In this document: positions 1 through 9,388 of the stretch, piece by piece | Layout: each line of letters opens with the position of its first letter | How positions within the stretch are numbered: the stretch's first letter is position 1 | Made by a program: the position numbers and the translations under genes | Notes under the pieces: model-generated | Told to the model about the DNA's origin: nothing | Seen by the model: only the letters and a program-made list of their open reading frames with translations | Databases searched by the model: none | Source of the DNA: an uncultured bacterium | GTDB taxonomy: Bacteria > Edwardsbacteria > AC1 > EtOH8 | Reading direction: 5' to 3' | NCBI GenBank assembly: GCA_963780225.1 | Contig: CAWAAX010000008.1 | Location: 1-31,094, forward strand | Length of the DNA: 31,094 nt

Positions 1-309
1 GCCGCGGAATGGATCAAAGCCAGCACCCCGGAAAACAGCATCGTGGTTTCCCGCAAACCTTCATTGTTCTACCTTTCCGCCAAAAGAAAGACATTCTGCT
101 ATCCCTTTACCACCAACCGGGATTCGGTGTTAAAGGAAATTGACCGGGCCGATTACGTGATGGTGGAGCCGGTCAGCGGCACCGGGCAGAAATACCTGAT
201 CCCGGCCATCCAGCCGCTGCTGGACAAGAAATATAAAATAATTTACGACCAGGGCGACCCGCCCACATACGTACTGCAGATATTAAAGGAGAATCCCAAT
301 GCCAGATAA
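1..309 (+). CDS. C-terminal fragment of a protein, possibly the soluble tail of an ArnT/GT-C-type membrane glycosyltransferase (5' truncated by the window)
   Basis: Frame 1 is open from base 1 (AAEWIKASTPENSIVVSRKP...) to TAA at 307-309 and overlaps the GT2 start. The W-I-K-x-x-T-P-x-x-S-I-V pattern resembles GT-C tails. Confidence 0.55.
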   Translation, partial: AAEWIKASTPENSIVVSRKPSLFYLSAKRKTFCYPFTTNRDSVLKEIDRADYVMVEPVSGTGQKYLIPAIQPLLDKKYKIIYDQGDPPTYVLQILKENPNAR

Positions 310-1228
310 TATCAACCTTTCAGTGGTGATACCGGTTTACAACGAGGAAGAGAACATCGCCGAGCTTTCGGCGCGGTTAACCAAGGTCTGCCAGGAACTG
401 AAACTCAGCTATGAACTTCTGTTTGTCGATGACGGCAGCCGGGACGGAACAATAAAGGCGGTGGAAAAGGCCAAGCAAAACGACAAGAATATTTTTGCCG
501 TAAGCCTGGCCAAGAACTCAGGCAAGGCCCAGGCCTACACCGCCGGGTTCGCCGAAGCCAGGGGCGAAATAGTGATCACCATGGACGGGGACCTGCAGGA
601 CGCCCCGGAGGAGATCCCGAACTTTCTCAAGAAGATCGATGAGGGCTACGACCTTGTTACCGGGTGGAAGTACACCGGCAAGGGCAAAAGGTCGCTTTCC
701 TCTAAACTTTTCAACTGGGTGGCTCGCAAGCTGACCAAATTCCAGGTCCACGATTCCAACTGCCCCTTCAAAGCCTACCGCAACGAGGTGGTCAAGAATC
801 TGAAGGTTTACGGCGACCTATATCGTTTCATCCCGGCCATGGCCTACTGGAAGGGATACCGGGTGGCCGAGATCAAGGTAGAGAATTATCCCCGGATTCA
901 CGGGGTTACCAAATACGGGGCCTCCCGGGCCCTGCGTGGTTTTTTTGATCTGATGACAGTGACCTTCCTGACCCAGTACATCCGGCGGCCCCTGCATTTC
1001 TTTGGGCTGGCCGGGCTGGTCTGCGGCGGCCTAGGCTTTATGATAGATCTGATACTGACCGTGATTGGACTGGTCAACGGGAGGATAGGCCATCAGGCCC
1101 TGCTGCTTTTGGGATTGGTGCTGATCATAATAGGAGTCCAGTTCGTTTTCACCGGACTGCTAGCGGAAATGCTTTTCCGGCTGTATCAGGATCAAGGTAA
1201 GGATGTGCCGGTATACCGGAAGATATAA
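299..1228 (+). CDS. GT2 glycosyltransferase, ArnC/GtrB/DPM1-like (polyprenyl-phosphate sugar transferase)
   Basis: SVVIPVYNEE, VDDGSRDGT, MDGDLQD and YRFIP motifs; two C-terminal TM helices. Confidence 0.9.
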   Translation: MPDNINLSVVIPVYNEEENIAELSARLTKVCQELKLSYELLFVDDGSRDGTIKAVEKAKQNDKNIFAVSLAKNSGKAQAYTAGFAEARGEIVITMDGDLQDAPEEIPNFLKKIDEGYDLVTGWKYTGKGKRSLSSKLFNWVARKLTKFQVHDSNCPFKAYRNEVVKNLKVYGDLYRFIPAMAYWKGYRVAEIKVENYPRIHGVTKYGASRALRGFFDLMTVTFLTQYIRRPLHFFGLAGLVCGGLGFMIDLILTVIGLVNGRIGHQALLLLGLVLIIIGVQFVFTGLLAEMLFRLYQDQGKDVPVYRKI

Positions 1229-1249
1229 AAATATTAGTTTGATAGATCG

Positions 1250-2422
1250 TTGAAAAAAAAGAACATCATAATTTTGGGTTCTACCGGTTCTATCGGCACC
1301 CAGACCATTGAGGTCATTGTCAAACACCCACAGCTTTTCAAAGTGGTAGGGCTGGCGGCCAATTCGCGTTTCGATCTTCTGGCCCGGCAGATAAAACAAT
1401 TCAAACCCCGGATGGTCTGCATCGGCGACCAGGCGGCCGGCCTGGCGGGGATGGACGGGCCGGGAGCGAATTTTAAACTGGTCAAAGGTCCGGAGGGATT
1501 GAAACAACTGGCTGCGCTCCCCGGAGCCGGCATGGTGGTGAACGCCCTGGTGGGCTCGGCCGGTCTGGAGCCGACCCTGGCCGCGATCCGGGCCGGGCAC
1601 GACGTGGCCCTGGCCAACAAGGAGACCCTGGTGGCCGGGGGGCAGCTGGTGATGCAGGCGGTCAAAAAGAACAAGGTCAGGCTGCTGCCCATAGACAGCG
1701 AGCATGTGGCCCTGCACCAGTGCCTGGATGGCCGGGATTTCAAGACGGTGAAGAACCTGATACTGACGGCCTCGGGCGGTCCATTCCGCAACCACAATCT
1801 TAAACAGCTGAACCGGGTCAGATCACGCCACGCCCTTAACCACCCCACCTGGTCCATGGGGCAAAAGGTGACCATTGACTCCGCTACCCTGATGAACAAG
1901 GGGCTGGAGATGATAGAGGCCCATTATCTTTTCGGCATTCCGCCGGAACGGATCAAAATAGTCATCCACCCCGAGTCCATAATCCATTCCATGGTGGAGT
2001 TCAACGACGGCTCCATCATTGCCCAGCTGTCCACTCCCGACATGCGGCTGCCGATCCAATATGCCCTGACCCATCCCCAAAGGCTGCCTTCCCTGGTCAA
2101 GGACTGCCGGCTGGACGAACTTGGCAAGCTCACTTTTCATAAACCGGACCGGATGACCTTCAAATGCCTGGACCTGGCCTATCTGGCTTTGAAACGGGGG
2201 GGAGTGATCCCGGCGGTGATGAATGCCGCCAACGAAATAGCGGTGCAGGCCTTTTTGGAAGGCAGGATAGGTTTTCTGCAGATCCCGGAATTGATCTCCG
2301 GAGTGATGAAAAAACACCAGGCCGTCGTTGTCAGGTCAGTTTCGGATGTCGTTTCCGCCGACCATTCAGCCCGGCTGATGGCGCAAGAAGATCTAGCCAG
2401 TTTCAGGCCAAATAAACATTGA
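1250..2422 (+). CDS. dxr: 1-deoxy-D-xylulose-5-phosphate reductoisomerase
   Basis: LGSTGSIG, LANKETLV, LPIDSEH, LTASGGPF, HPTWSMGQKVTIDSATLMNKGLE motifs; TTG start. Confidence 0.97.
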   Translation: MKKKNIIILGSTGSIGTQTIEVIVKHPQLFKVVGLAANSRFDLLARQIKQFKPRMVCIGDQAAGLAGMDGPGANFKLVKGPEGLKQLAALPGAGMVVNALVGSAGLEPTLAAIRAGHDVALANKETLVAGGQLVMQAVKKNKVRLLPIDSEHVALHQCLDGRDFKTVKNLILTASGGPFRNHNLKQLNRVRSRHALNHPTWSMGQKVTIDSATLMNKGLEMIEAHYLFGIPPERIKIVIHPESIIHSMVEFNDGSIIAQLSTPDMRLPIQYALTHPQRLPSLVKDCRLDELGKLTFHKPDRMTFKCLDLAYLALKRGGVIPAVMNAANEIAVQAFLEGRIGFLQIPELISGVMKKHQAVVVRSVSDVVSADHSARLMAQEDLASFRPNKH

Positions 2423-2448
2423 CAATCCGGCACCGGGTCTGTTATTCT
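2419..2448 (+). promoter_or_regulatory. Putative sigma70 promoter
   Basis: TTGACA (2419-2424), 18 bp spacer ending in TGn, TATTCT (2443-2448). Confidence 0.5.
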
Positions 2449-2516
2449 TAAATGTTACAGGTGATCTGAAACCTGCCGGGCAGGAAAGACCGAGGCTCAA
2501 CTAAATGTCTATCAAA

Positions 2517-2715
2517 ATAACTCAGGAATATTCTCTAAAAGCTTTTCTATCCGCAGATTTCACAGATATTCACAGATTATTCTATGCAAAATTATATTTT
2601 TAGGCAAAAAAAGGTTTTATTGTAATCATTCGGCTAACGCTCATGACGGCGTTTGCGTTAATAGTTCGGTAACCACTCACTACAACGTCTGTGGATAAAG
2701 GTTCCTGAGTAAGTT
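2517..2715. repeat. Nested inverted-repeat composite
   Basis: Outer arms ACTCAGGAA...TTCCTGAGT; inner left arm of three CRCAGAT units; the right arm is interrupted by two ~25 bp TTCGG...CTCA segments. Confidence 0.65.
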
Positions 2716-2758
2716 AGGAAATCATTCGCAAATAATCAACCAATAACTATCGACCGAC

Positions 2759-3442
2759 ATGGAATCAAAAATATTTGAATATATCCTGATAATCCCCCCG
2801 GTGCTGTTCGCCATTACCATTCACGAAGTGGCCCACGGATTCATCGCCTACAAAAGAGGTGACTCCACTGCTTTTCTGATGGGCAGGCTTAACCTGAACC
2901 CACTGAAGCACCTGGACCTTTTCGGCAGTTTCATCTTCCCGGCCATGCTGATATTCTTCAAAGCTCCGTTTGTGTTCGGCTGGGCCAAGCCGGTGCCGGT
3001 GAACTTCTTTGCCCTGAAAAATCCCAAACGGGACATGATCTGGGTCTCGGCGGCCGGACCGGGCAGCAACCTGCTGGTGGCCGCGGCGGCCGGGCTTTTC
3101 TTCCGCCTGCTTTATCCCTTTTACGGGGGGCCGGAGACGATCCTGCACCCGGTGCTGGTGATCCTGTTCTATTTTGTATTGATAGACACCGCACTGGCAG
3201 TGTTCAACCTGATCCCCATCCCGCCGCTGGACGGTTCCAAGATCCTGGCCGGACTTTTGCCCGGGCCGCTTTCGGCCAAGTATTTGAGCCTGGAAAAATA
3301 CGGGATGTTCATCTTCATGGCGCTGATAATAATCATCCAGCTGACCAGGATCAATTTTCTTTCCTATGTGCTGGCCCTGCCGGTGGTCCTGATCTCCCAG
3401 TTCTTCGGAGGGCCGGAGCTGTTCCAGTTCATGCCCCGGTAG
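2759..3442 (+). CDS. Site-2 protease family (M50) membrane metalloprotease
   Basis: HEVAH zinc motif, GWAKPVP, AGPGSN, FNLIPIPPLDGSKI. Confidence 0.93.
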   Translation: MESKIFEYILIIPPVLFAITIHEVAHGFIAYKRGDSTAFLMGRLNLNPLKHLDLFGSFIFPAMLIFFKAPFVFGWAKPVPVNFFALKNPKRDMIWVSAAGPGSNLLVAAAAGLFFRLLYPFYGGPETILHPVLVILFYFVLIDTALAVFNLIPIPPLDGSKILAGLLPGPLSAKYLSLEKYGMFIFMALIIIIQLTRINFLSYVLALPVVLISQFFGGPELFQFMPR

Positions 3443-3483
3443 GATCGCTGGGGCTTAATTAGGATCCGTAAAAAATTACCATT

Positions 3484-3617
3484 TTATAAGGAATCAACGC
3501 CTTCGTTAAAACTATGGCGGACAGGCATGAAAACAGGAGTTCGTAATACTGAAAACAATGATTCCTGACCTTCCCCGCCTGCGTTTAACTTTGGCGGGCA
3601 GGCTGGTTTGCTTATAA
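3484..3617. repeat. A(G/T)GAA-unit inverted repeat, copy A, carrying two CAGG-ended inserts (3496-3525 and 3574-3602)
   Basis: Removing both inserts restores arms matching the empty copy at 20404-20460. Confidence 0.8.
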
Positions 3618-3684
3618 ATGATAGAGTTATGCAGTCTTCCGTAATATCAACTGTTAAATGCTATAAACAATAAACGTAACAAAG

Positions 3685-5400
3685 ATGCACAATTACAGCA
3701 ACAAACATTATCCGGTCCGCGAGGGCCTGGGCCTGATCACCATCAAGGGGATGCTGGCCCGTTCGGCAGGGTTGTATCCCTATCAGACAGCCCTCCAGAT
3801 CAAACGGGGGAACGATTTCTACAAGGTAACCTACCGGGATCTCAAGGAACGGGCGGAACAGCTGGCGGCAGGGCTGGCCCGCAAGGGGATAAAGTTCGGC
3901 GACCGGGTGGCCCTGATCGGCGAGAACTGTCCGGAATGGGTGGAGGGCTACATGGCCCTGGCCAGCCTGGGGGCGGTGATAGTCCCCCTGGACACCCAGC
4001 TTAAGGCCCAGGAGATCCGGCACATTTTGACCGATTCCGAGGCGGTGGCCCTGATAGCCTCCAGCAATTTCAAGGAAGCGGCGGACGAGGCCGCCAACAA
4101 ACTGCACGGCCTGAAGCACCTCTTTTCCATGAACAATCTTTCGGCCTTGTACGAGGCGCCGGAGCCCAAGGGTCTTAAGCGCCAGGTGCAGCTGGACGAC
4201 CTGGCGGCCATCATCTACACCTCCGGCACCACCGGGCAGTCCAAGGGGGTGATGCTGTCCCACAAGAACATCATGTCCGACGTGGACGGAAGCTACCAGA
4301 TATTTCATTACGACCATCACGACAATTTCATCTCAGTGCTGCCGCTTCATCACACCTTTGAAGCCACCTGTGGGATGTTGGTTCCCCTGTATGTGGGGGC
4401 CACCATCACCTACGCCCAGTCGCTGAAATCGCGCGACATCATCAATGACATCCGGGACAGCCAGGCCACCATGATGGTGGGGGTCCCGCTGCTGTTCGAA
4501 AAGATGTACCAGGGCATCACCCGGGCGGTAAAAGAGAAGCCCCTGCTGACCCGGATGGCTTTCAACACCTCCAACGGACTGGTCCGGTCCATCAAGTCTG
4601 TCACCGGGAGAAGGGCCGGGGGCAAGGTGTTCCAGTCTTTGCGGGAAAAGGCAGGCCTATCCACCCTCAGACTGTTCGTTTCAGGCGGAGCGGCTCTGAA
4701 CGTGGAAGTGGGCAGAGGTTTTGAGACTTTGGGGTTCGCAATTGTCCAGGGTTACGGCCTGACTGAATCTTCTCCGGTGCTGAGCATCAATACCGTCAAA
4801 GATCCAGACCACGCCTCGGTGGGCGCCCCCATCGCCTGCGTGGATCTGAAGATCATCGATCCCGATGCCGGCGGCATCGGGGAGATTGCCGCCAGGGGCC
4901 CCAACGTGATGCTGGGATATTACAAGAACCCCAAGGCCACCGAAGCTGTGATAAAGGACGGCTGGCTGCTGACCGGGGACCTGGGTTACATCGACAAGCG
5001 GGGCTGCCTGTTCATCACCGGCCGGGCCAAGAACCTGATCGTCTCCGCCGCCGGGAAGAACATCTACCCGGAAGAGATAGAGGCCCAGCTGCTCAACAGC
5101 GTTTACGTCACCGAAGTTCTTGTGATCGGTGAAAAGAACCCCCAGACCGAGCGGGAAGAGGTTCATGCCATAATCTATCCCAATTACGAAGCCTTGGACG
5201 AATACGCGGTCCGGCACAAGGTATCCCTGGACACGGCCCAGATAGAGAAAATATTGAAGGAAGAGGTCAGGCACCAGTGCAGCCATCTGGCCGATTACAA
5301 GCGGGTCAAACATTTTTCTCTCCGGGAGGAAGAGTTTCCCAAAACCACCACCCGCAAGATCAAGCGGTATCTGTTTATCGGCAAAAAGGTGCAGGTATAA
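3685..5400 (+). CDS. Long-chain fatty-acid--CoA ligase (AMP-binding family)
   Basis: IIYTSGTTGQSKGVMLSH, QGYGLTESSP, TGDLG, GRAKNLIV...GKNIYPEEIE. Confidence 0.92.
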   Translation: MHNYSNKHYPVREGLGLITIKGMLARSAGLYPYQTALQIKRGNDFYKVTYRDLKERAEQLAAGLARKGIKFGDRVALIGENCPEWVEGYMALASLGAVIVPLDTQLKAQEIRHILTDSEAVALIASSNFKEAADEAANKLHGLKHLFSMNNLSALYEAPEPKGLKRQVQLDDLAAIIYTSGTTGQSKGVMLSHKNIMSDVDGSYQIFHYDHHDNFISVLPLHHTFEATCGMLVPLYVGATITYAQSLKSRDIINDIRDSQATMMVGVPLLFEKMYQGITRAVKEKPLLTRMAFNTSNGLVRSIKSVTGRRAGGKVFQSLREKAGLSTLRLFVSGGAALNVEVGRGFETLGFAIVQGYGLTESSPVLSINTVKDPDHASVGAPIACVDLKIIDPDAGGIGEIAARGPNVMLGYYKNPKATEAVIKDGWLLTGDLGYIDKRGCLFITGRAKNLIVSAAGKNIYPEEIEAQLLNSVYVTEVLVIGEKNPQTEREEVHAIIYPNYEALDEYAVRHKVSLDTAQIEKILKEEVRHQCSHLADYKRVKHFSLREEEFPKTTTRKIKRYLFIGKKVQV

Positions 5401-5527
5401 AAACCGAACATCAGGGGTACCTTTGACGTAGCGTATCATTCCGTCATGCAGGACTTTTCCTGGTTTTCCAGGTCCGAAAAATAATCTAAGGCCGAATGCC
5501 AAATCCAGGGAATCCCCAACTAAAACA

Positions 5528-8020
5528 ATGGAGGCTCTTAAGGCCATGCTGTTCTCCAAGAAAAAAGAAGAAAAGGCGCCTCTCAGCCCCATGGACAGCC
5601 TCAAGAAGGAGGAAGAAGCTCTGATCACCCAGGTGGAACAGGGCCGGCGCAGCTATACCTCGCTGGATCAGCTTTTGGCTGACCGCAAGAATATGTTGGA
5701 GGACGTTAATCGCCGGCTGGCCGAGTCCTTAGGCGAAGAGATGTCCATGTCCCAAAGGATGGAGGAAGAGCAAAGCAGGTTGGATGACATCAACCATAAG
5801 TTAGATGACCGCACCAAGGAGGATTCCAACCTGGCCACCAAGATCTGGGAGAAGCGGGCCGAACTGCTGAAAATAAACCAGCAGTTGGAAGAAGGCAATA
5901 AAAGCCTGGCGGCGGTGGGGGAGAAGAGCCGCAGCCTTCAGGCCGAACTGCTTTCGGCCAGGACCACAGCCGAGCAGGAAAAGAACGAAATGCTGACCGA
6001 AGTCCAAAAGAACCGGGAGGTCTCCGAAGCATTGCAGGCGGTGATAGAAAATCTGATTTTGCAAAAAGACCAGCTGATCAAGAGCATCGAAGACATCAAA
6101 AATTCAGAATCGCATGTGCTGGAGAGGCATCAGTCCCTGAAACAGGAAGAGGATCATATCCAGCAAAAGATCACCGAATTGCAGGTCCGGGAATCCTCGG
6201 TCAAAACCAAGGTGGAAGCCCTGAACGGGGTGCTGGCCGATTCGGAAGCTAAACTCCAGACCCTGGTTCAGGACCAGCAAAATCGCCACCAGCATATAGA
6301 GAGCATGGCGGCAGACTTATCAGCAAAAGAAAAGGGATTGTCTGAAAAACAACAGCAGTATGCCGGGCTGACCAAGATGTTGGAACAGATAGAAGCGGAG
6401 AAGACCGAGGCCACAACCTCGCTGGAGGATGTCCAGACCAAGGTCTTTAAGGCTGAAACCAGGCAGGCCGAGCTGGAGCAACGTAACGCTGAGCTTGTCC
6501 AAATAATTGAAGCCGATTCGGCCCGGTCAACCGAATTGGAACGGGACATTGCCCTGCGTCAGCATGAGGTGGAGGCGGTACGGGAGCTGGAAACCAATTT
6601 GGCAGTCATACGCGGGCAAATAGAGGAATCCCAGCAGCAGCAGCAGCAGATAAACGAAGAACGGACCCAGGCCGAACAGCAGGTAGAACAATTGCTCTTG
6701 AGACAACATGAGCTGGAATCTCAGGCCGTTGAATGGGGAGCCAAACAGAACGAGCACAATCAAAGGATATCGGACCTCGGACCCCAGCGGGTTCAACTGG
6801 AAGAGATAGTAGCTGCTCTGTCCCGGCAAAAACAGGAGTTGGAGCAAGGGAACTCCGGCCTGAAAAACGAAATCCAGAAGTTGGAAGCAGCCAGCCAGGA
6901 GATCGACCAGCTTAAGGCTGAGCGTAAGGAACTTCAGGCCGAAGTCAAAAAGATAAAACAACAAAAACAGGAATTATCCCAGTCGGCCGAGGAGAACCTG
7001 GCCAAGCTGGAAAAGTCGGAAGCCCGGCTGGAAAAGGTAAGGGCCGAGGAAGCCCAACTCAAGGAAAGCCTGGCCGCAGCCAAAAAAGAAATGGCCGACA
7101 TCGGAAAAGAACGAGCCGAGTTGGAGAAGTACCTGCACCAGAAGCAGGACCTGCTGGCCGAACAAAAGGGTTTGAAATCCAGCGTGGATGCCCTGAAGGC
7201 CGAGCTGGCCAATTCCCAGGAACAGCTGGATGTGCTGAAAGAAGAGGATAAGGGCTGGTGTCTAAGGTTGGAAGAGAACAAAATAAAGACCCAGCAGATG
7301 GATAATCTTTTGGAAACCTTACGGGCGGATGAGGAAAAGGCAAAACACCGTTTGGAAGAAGCCGGGCAGGCCTCGGAGAAGATCGCTTCCATAGAACAGG
7401 AGGTGGCCGGTAAGAAGAGAGAGATAGATGAACTGAACGCCCAGGCCGATGAGGCCCGCAGCCGGATGGAGGCCTTGAAGCAGGAACAGGCCGAGATGGA
7501 GCAGGAGAAGGCCCGCCGCCGCGAAGACGAGATGTCGGCTTTGACCAAGCTGAAATCCAAGGTAAGGCCCCAGGGGCTTGGGGCCGGGACGACGCCATCC
7601 CCGGCACCCGCCACCCCCGCCATTGCTCCGATCCCGGAACAGCCATTGGCGGCGGAGCGTCCGGCCCTGGCCACCAGACCTTTGTCGCCGTTTGCCGGAA
7701 AGCCTCCGGAACCGGCCAGGCCGCTGGGCCTGCCCAAGCCTGCCCCGGCCCTGTTGAAACCGGCCGCGTCCCTGTCCCATCCGCAGCAGGCGGTACTGTC
7801 CATCAAAGAATCCCTGAAACCTATTTCCCCGTTCTCCAGTCCACAGACTCGGCCCGGCTTGGCTCCCAAGGTCCCGCTAAATCCCTTGGGCAGGATGCCC
7901 CTGCCGGCCAAGCCCCAGACCGGTTTAAGGCCGCCAGTTCCGCCGGTGGCGCACCGGCCCGCGCCGCTGAGCCCGCCCAGACCTTTGGAAAAACCCAAGG
8001 GGGATGTCTCCTTCAGTTGA
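5528..8020 (+). CDS. Hypothetical long coiled-coil protein with a Pro-rich C-terminal tail
   Basis: 830-aa ORF; about 650 aa of E/Q/K/L heptad sequence followed by about 150 aa of P/A-rich low complexity; no Walker A motif or TM segment seen. Confidence 0.85.
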   Translation: MEALKAMLFSKKKEEKAPLSPMDSLKKEEEALITQVEQGRRSYTSLDQLLADRKNMLEDVNRRLAESLGEEMSMSQRMEEEQSRLDDINHKLDDRTKEDSNLATKIWEKRAELLKINQQLEEGNKSLAAVGEKSRSLQAELLSARTTAEQEKNEMLTEVQKNREVSEALQAVIENLILQKDQLIKSIEDIKNSESHVLERHQSLKQEEDHIQQKITELQVRESSVKTKVEALNGVLADSEAKLQTLVQDQQNRHQHIESMAADLSAKEKGLSEKQQQYAGLTKMLEQIEAEKTEATTSLEDVQTKVFKAETRQAELEQRNAELVQIIEADSARSTELERDIALRQHEVEAVRELETNLAVIRGQIEESQQQQQQINEERTQAEQQVEQLLLRQHELESQAVEWGAKQNEHNQRISDLGPQRVQLEEIVAALSRQKQELEQGNSGLKNEIQKLEAASQEIDQLKAERKELQAEVKKIKQQKQELSQSAEENLAKLEKSEARLEKVRAEEAQLKESLAAAKKEMADIGKERAELEKYLHQKQDLLAEQKGLKSSVDALKAELANSQEQLDVLKEEDKGWCLRLEENKIKTQQMDNLLETLRADEEKAKHRLEEAGQASEKIASIEQEVAGKKREIDELNAQADEARSRMEALKQEQAEMEQEKARRREDEMSALTKLKSKVRPQGLGAGTTPSPAPATPAIAPIPEQPLAAERPALATRPLSPFAGKPPEPARPLGLPKPAPALLKPAASLSHPQQAVLSIKESLKPISPFSSPQTRPGLAPKVPLNPLGRMPLPAKPQTGLRPPVPPVAHRPAPLSPPRPLEKPKGDVSFS

Positions 8021-8067
8021 TGTCTACAGATGCGCGAGACTTATTCCGAACAAAGCAGGACAATTTA

Positions 8068-8150
8068 TTATAAGGAAACCATGAATCCATGAATTATTCC
8101 TGCTTTCTCTGCCTACGTTTCCACTTCGGCGGACAGGCTGGGTTCATTAT
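8068..8150. repeat. A(G/T)GAA-unit inverted repeat, copy B, carrying one CAGG-ended insert (8108-8137)
   Basis: ttata aggaaacc atgaatcc atgaa / ttcct gctttc[30 bp]ct gggttcat tat. Confidence 0.8.
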
Positions 8151-8178
8151 TTATTCCGGTAATCAGGTTTAGGAACAT

Positions 8179-9066
8179 ATGGACGAAGCGCTGCAGCAAT
8201 ATCTGACCCACCTGGCGGTGGAGCGAGGGCTGTCGGGGAACAGCCTTGGCTCTTATGCCAGCGATCTCAAGCGCTACCTGGCTTTTTTGAAAACCAAGAA
8301 TATCGATGACCTCCAGGCGGTGGAGAGGAAAACAGTATCCGAATTCCTGTCCTCGCTGATGGGCTACGGGCTTTCCCCGGTCTCCCTTTCCCGGAACATT
8401 TCCGCCCTGCGCGGTTTTCACCGGTTCCTGGCCTCGGAGGGAATCACAAAAAAAGATCCCACCGAGAACATAGAGACCCCGCGGCTGGACAAAAAACTTC
8501 CCGAAGTTTTGGACCTGAGCGAAGTGGAAAAACTGCTGGCCCAGCCGGACCCCGCGTCCCTGCTGGGCCTGCGCGATAAGGCCATGCTGGAGCTTTTGTA
8601 CGCCTGTGGCTTAAGGGTTACGGAGCTTCTGACGCTCAAGACTTCCGATCTGTTCTTCGACCAGGATTTCATCCGCTGTTTCGGCAAGGGCTCCAAGGAA
8701 AGGATAGTGCCGGTGGGCCACTCGGCCCGCAACTGGACGGATAAATACCGCCAGGGCTCGCGACCGGCCTTGCTGAAGAAGTTCAGCACCGAGGTGCTGT
8801 TCCTTAACAACCGGGGGCGCCCCATGTCCCGGATGGGTTTTTGGAAACTGCTGAAAGCATATGCCCAAAAGGCTGGGATCAAGAAAAGGGTGCATCCCCA
8901 CATTCTGCGGCACTCGTTTGCCACCCACCTGCTGGAGGGCGGAGCCGACCTGCGCTCGGTGCAGGAGATGCTGGGCCACGCCGACATCTCCACCACCCAG
9001 ATATACACCCACGTTGACCGGGAGTATTTGAAGGAAGTGCACCGGCAGTTTCATCCCAGAGGATGA
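8179..9066 (+). CDS. xerD: Tyrosine recombinase XerD
   Basis: RDKAMLELLYACGLRVTEL, GKGSKER, HILRHSFATHLL, LGHADISTTQIYTHV, C-terminal HPR. Confidence 0.93.
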   Translation: MDEALQQYLTHLAVERGLSGNSLGSYASDLKRYLAFLKTKNIDDLQAVERKTVSEFLSSLMGYGLSPVSLSRNISALRGFHRFLASEGITKKDPTENIETPRLDKKLPEVLDLSEVEKLLAQPDPASLLGLRDKAMLELLYACGLRVTELLTLKTSDLFFDQDFIRCFGKGSKERIVPVGHSARNWTDKYRQGSRPALLKKFSTEVLFLNNRGRPMSRMGFWKLLKAYAQKAGIKKRVHPHILRHSFATHLLEGGADLRSVQEMLGHADISTTQIYTHVDREYLKEVHRQFHPRG

Positions 9067-9134
9067 AACATATAAATATTTAATGACTACCCAATTATCT
9101 CAGTAATTGGTTGAACACTTGGTGCCACCCCCGG

Positions 9135-9333
9135 TTGTCGCGTTAAAACGATCAGTGAGCACCGCAGTTGATGACGGAAAAAGCTTGTCTGCATGTTTGA
9201 GTGCTTGGCCAAAGCCCGAGTTCAGATAAGCCCGTCAGCAACGAGAAGCGCAACGCCTGGAGAGTTTTAATCGACGAGCTTTTTTCTTTTTGGTTCTTTT
9301 TCTTAGTTGGCGGAACAAAAAAGAAAAAGAACA
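9135..9333 (+). repeat. Structured ~200-nt intergenic element (possible ncRNA or MITE-like repeat)
   Basis: Three nested stems (9135-9149/9264-9277, 9167-9177/9232-9242, 9183-9191/9223-9231) and a terminal stem 9293-9304/9321-9332. Confidence 0.6.
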
Positions 9334-9388
9334 TGGAGGTAATGGGTCTACGTATTTGAAAGTTCAAATATTTTATAAAGGAGCACCC

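Noticed and set aside
6632..6649. (CAG)6 run in the coiled-coil gene
   Set aside because: A short in-frame poly-Gln in a Q-rich protein, with no sign of phase variation.
8179..9066. Tyrosine recombinase as a prophage or island integrase
   Set aside because: It has canonical XerD length and motifs, host-like codon usage, and no att sites, tRNA or phage genes nearby.
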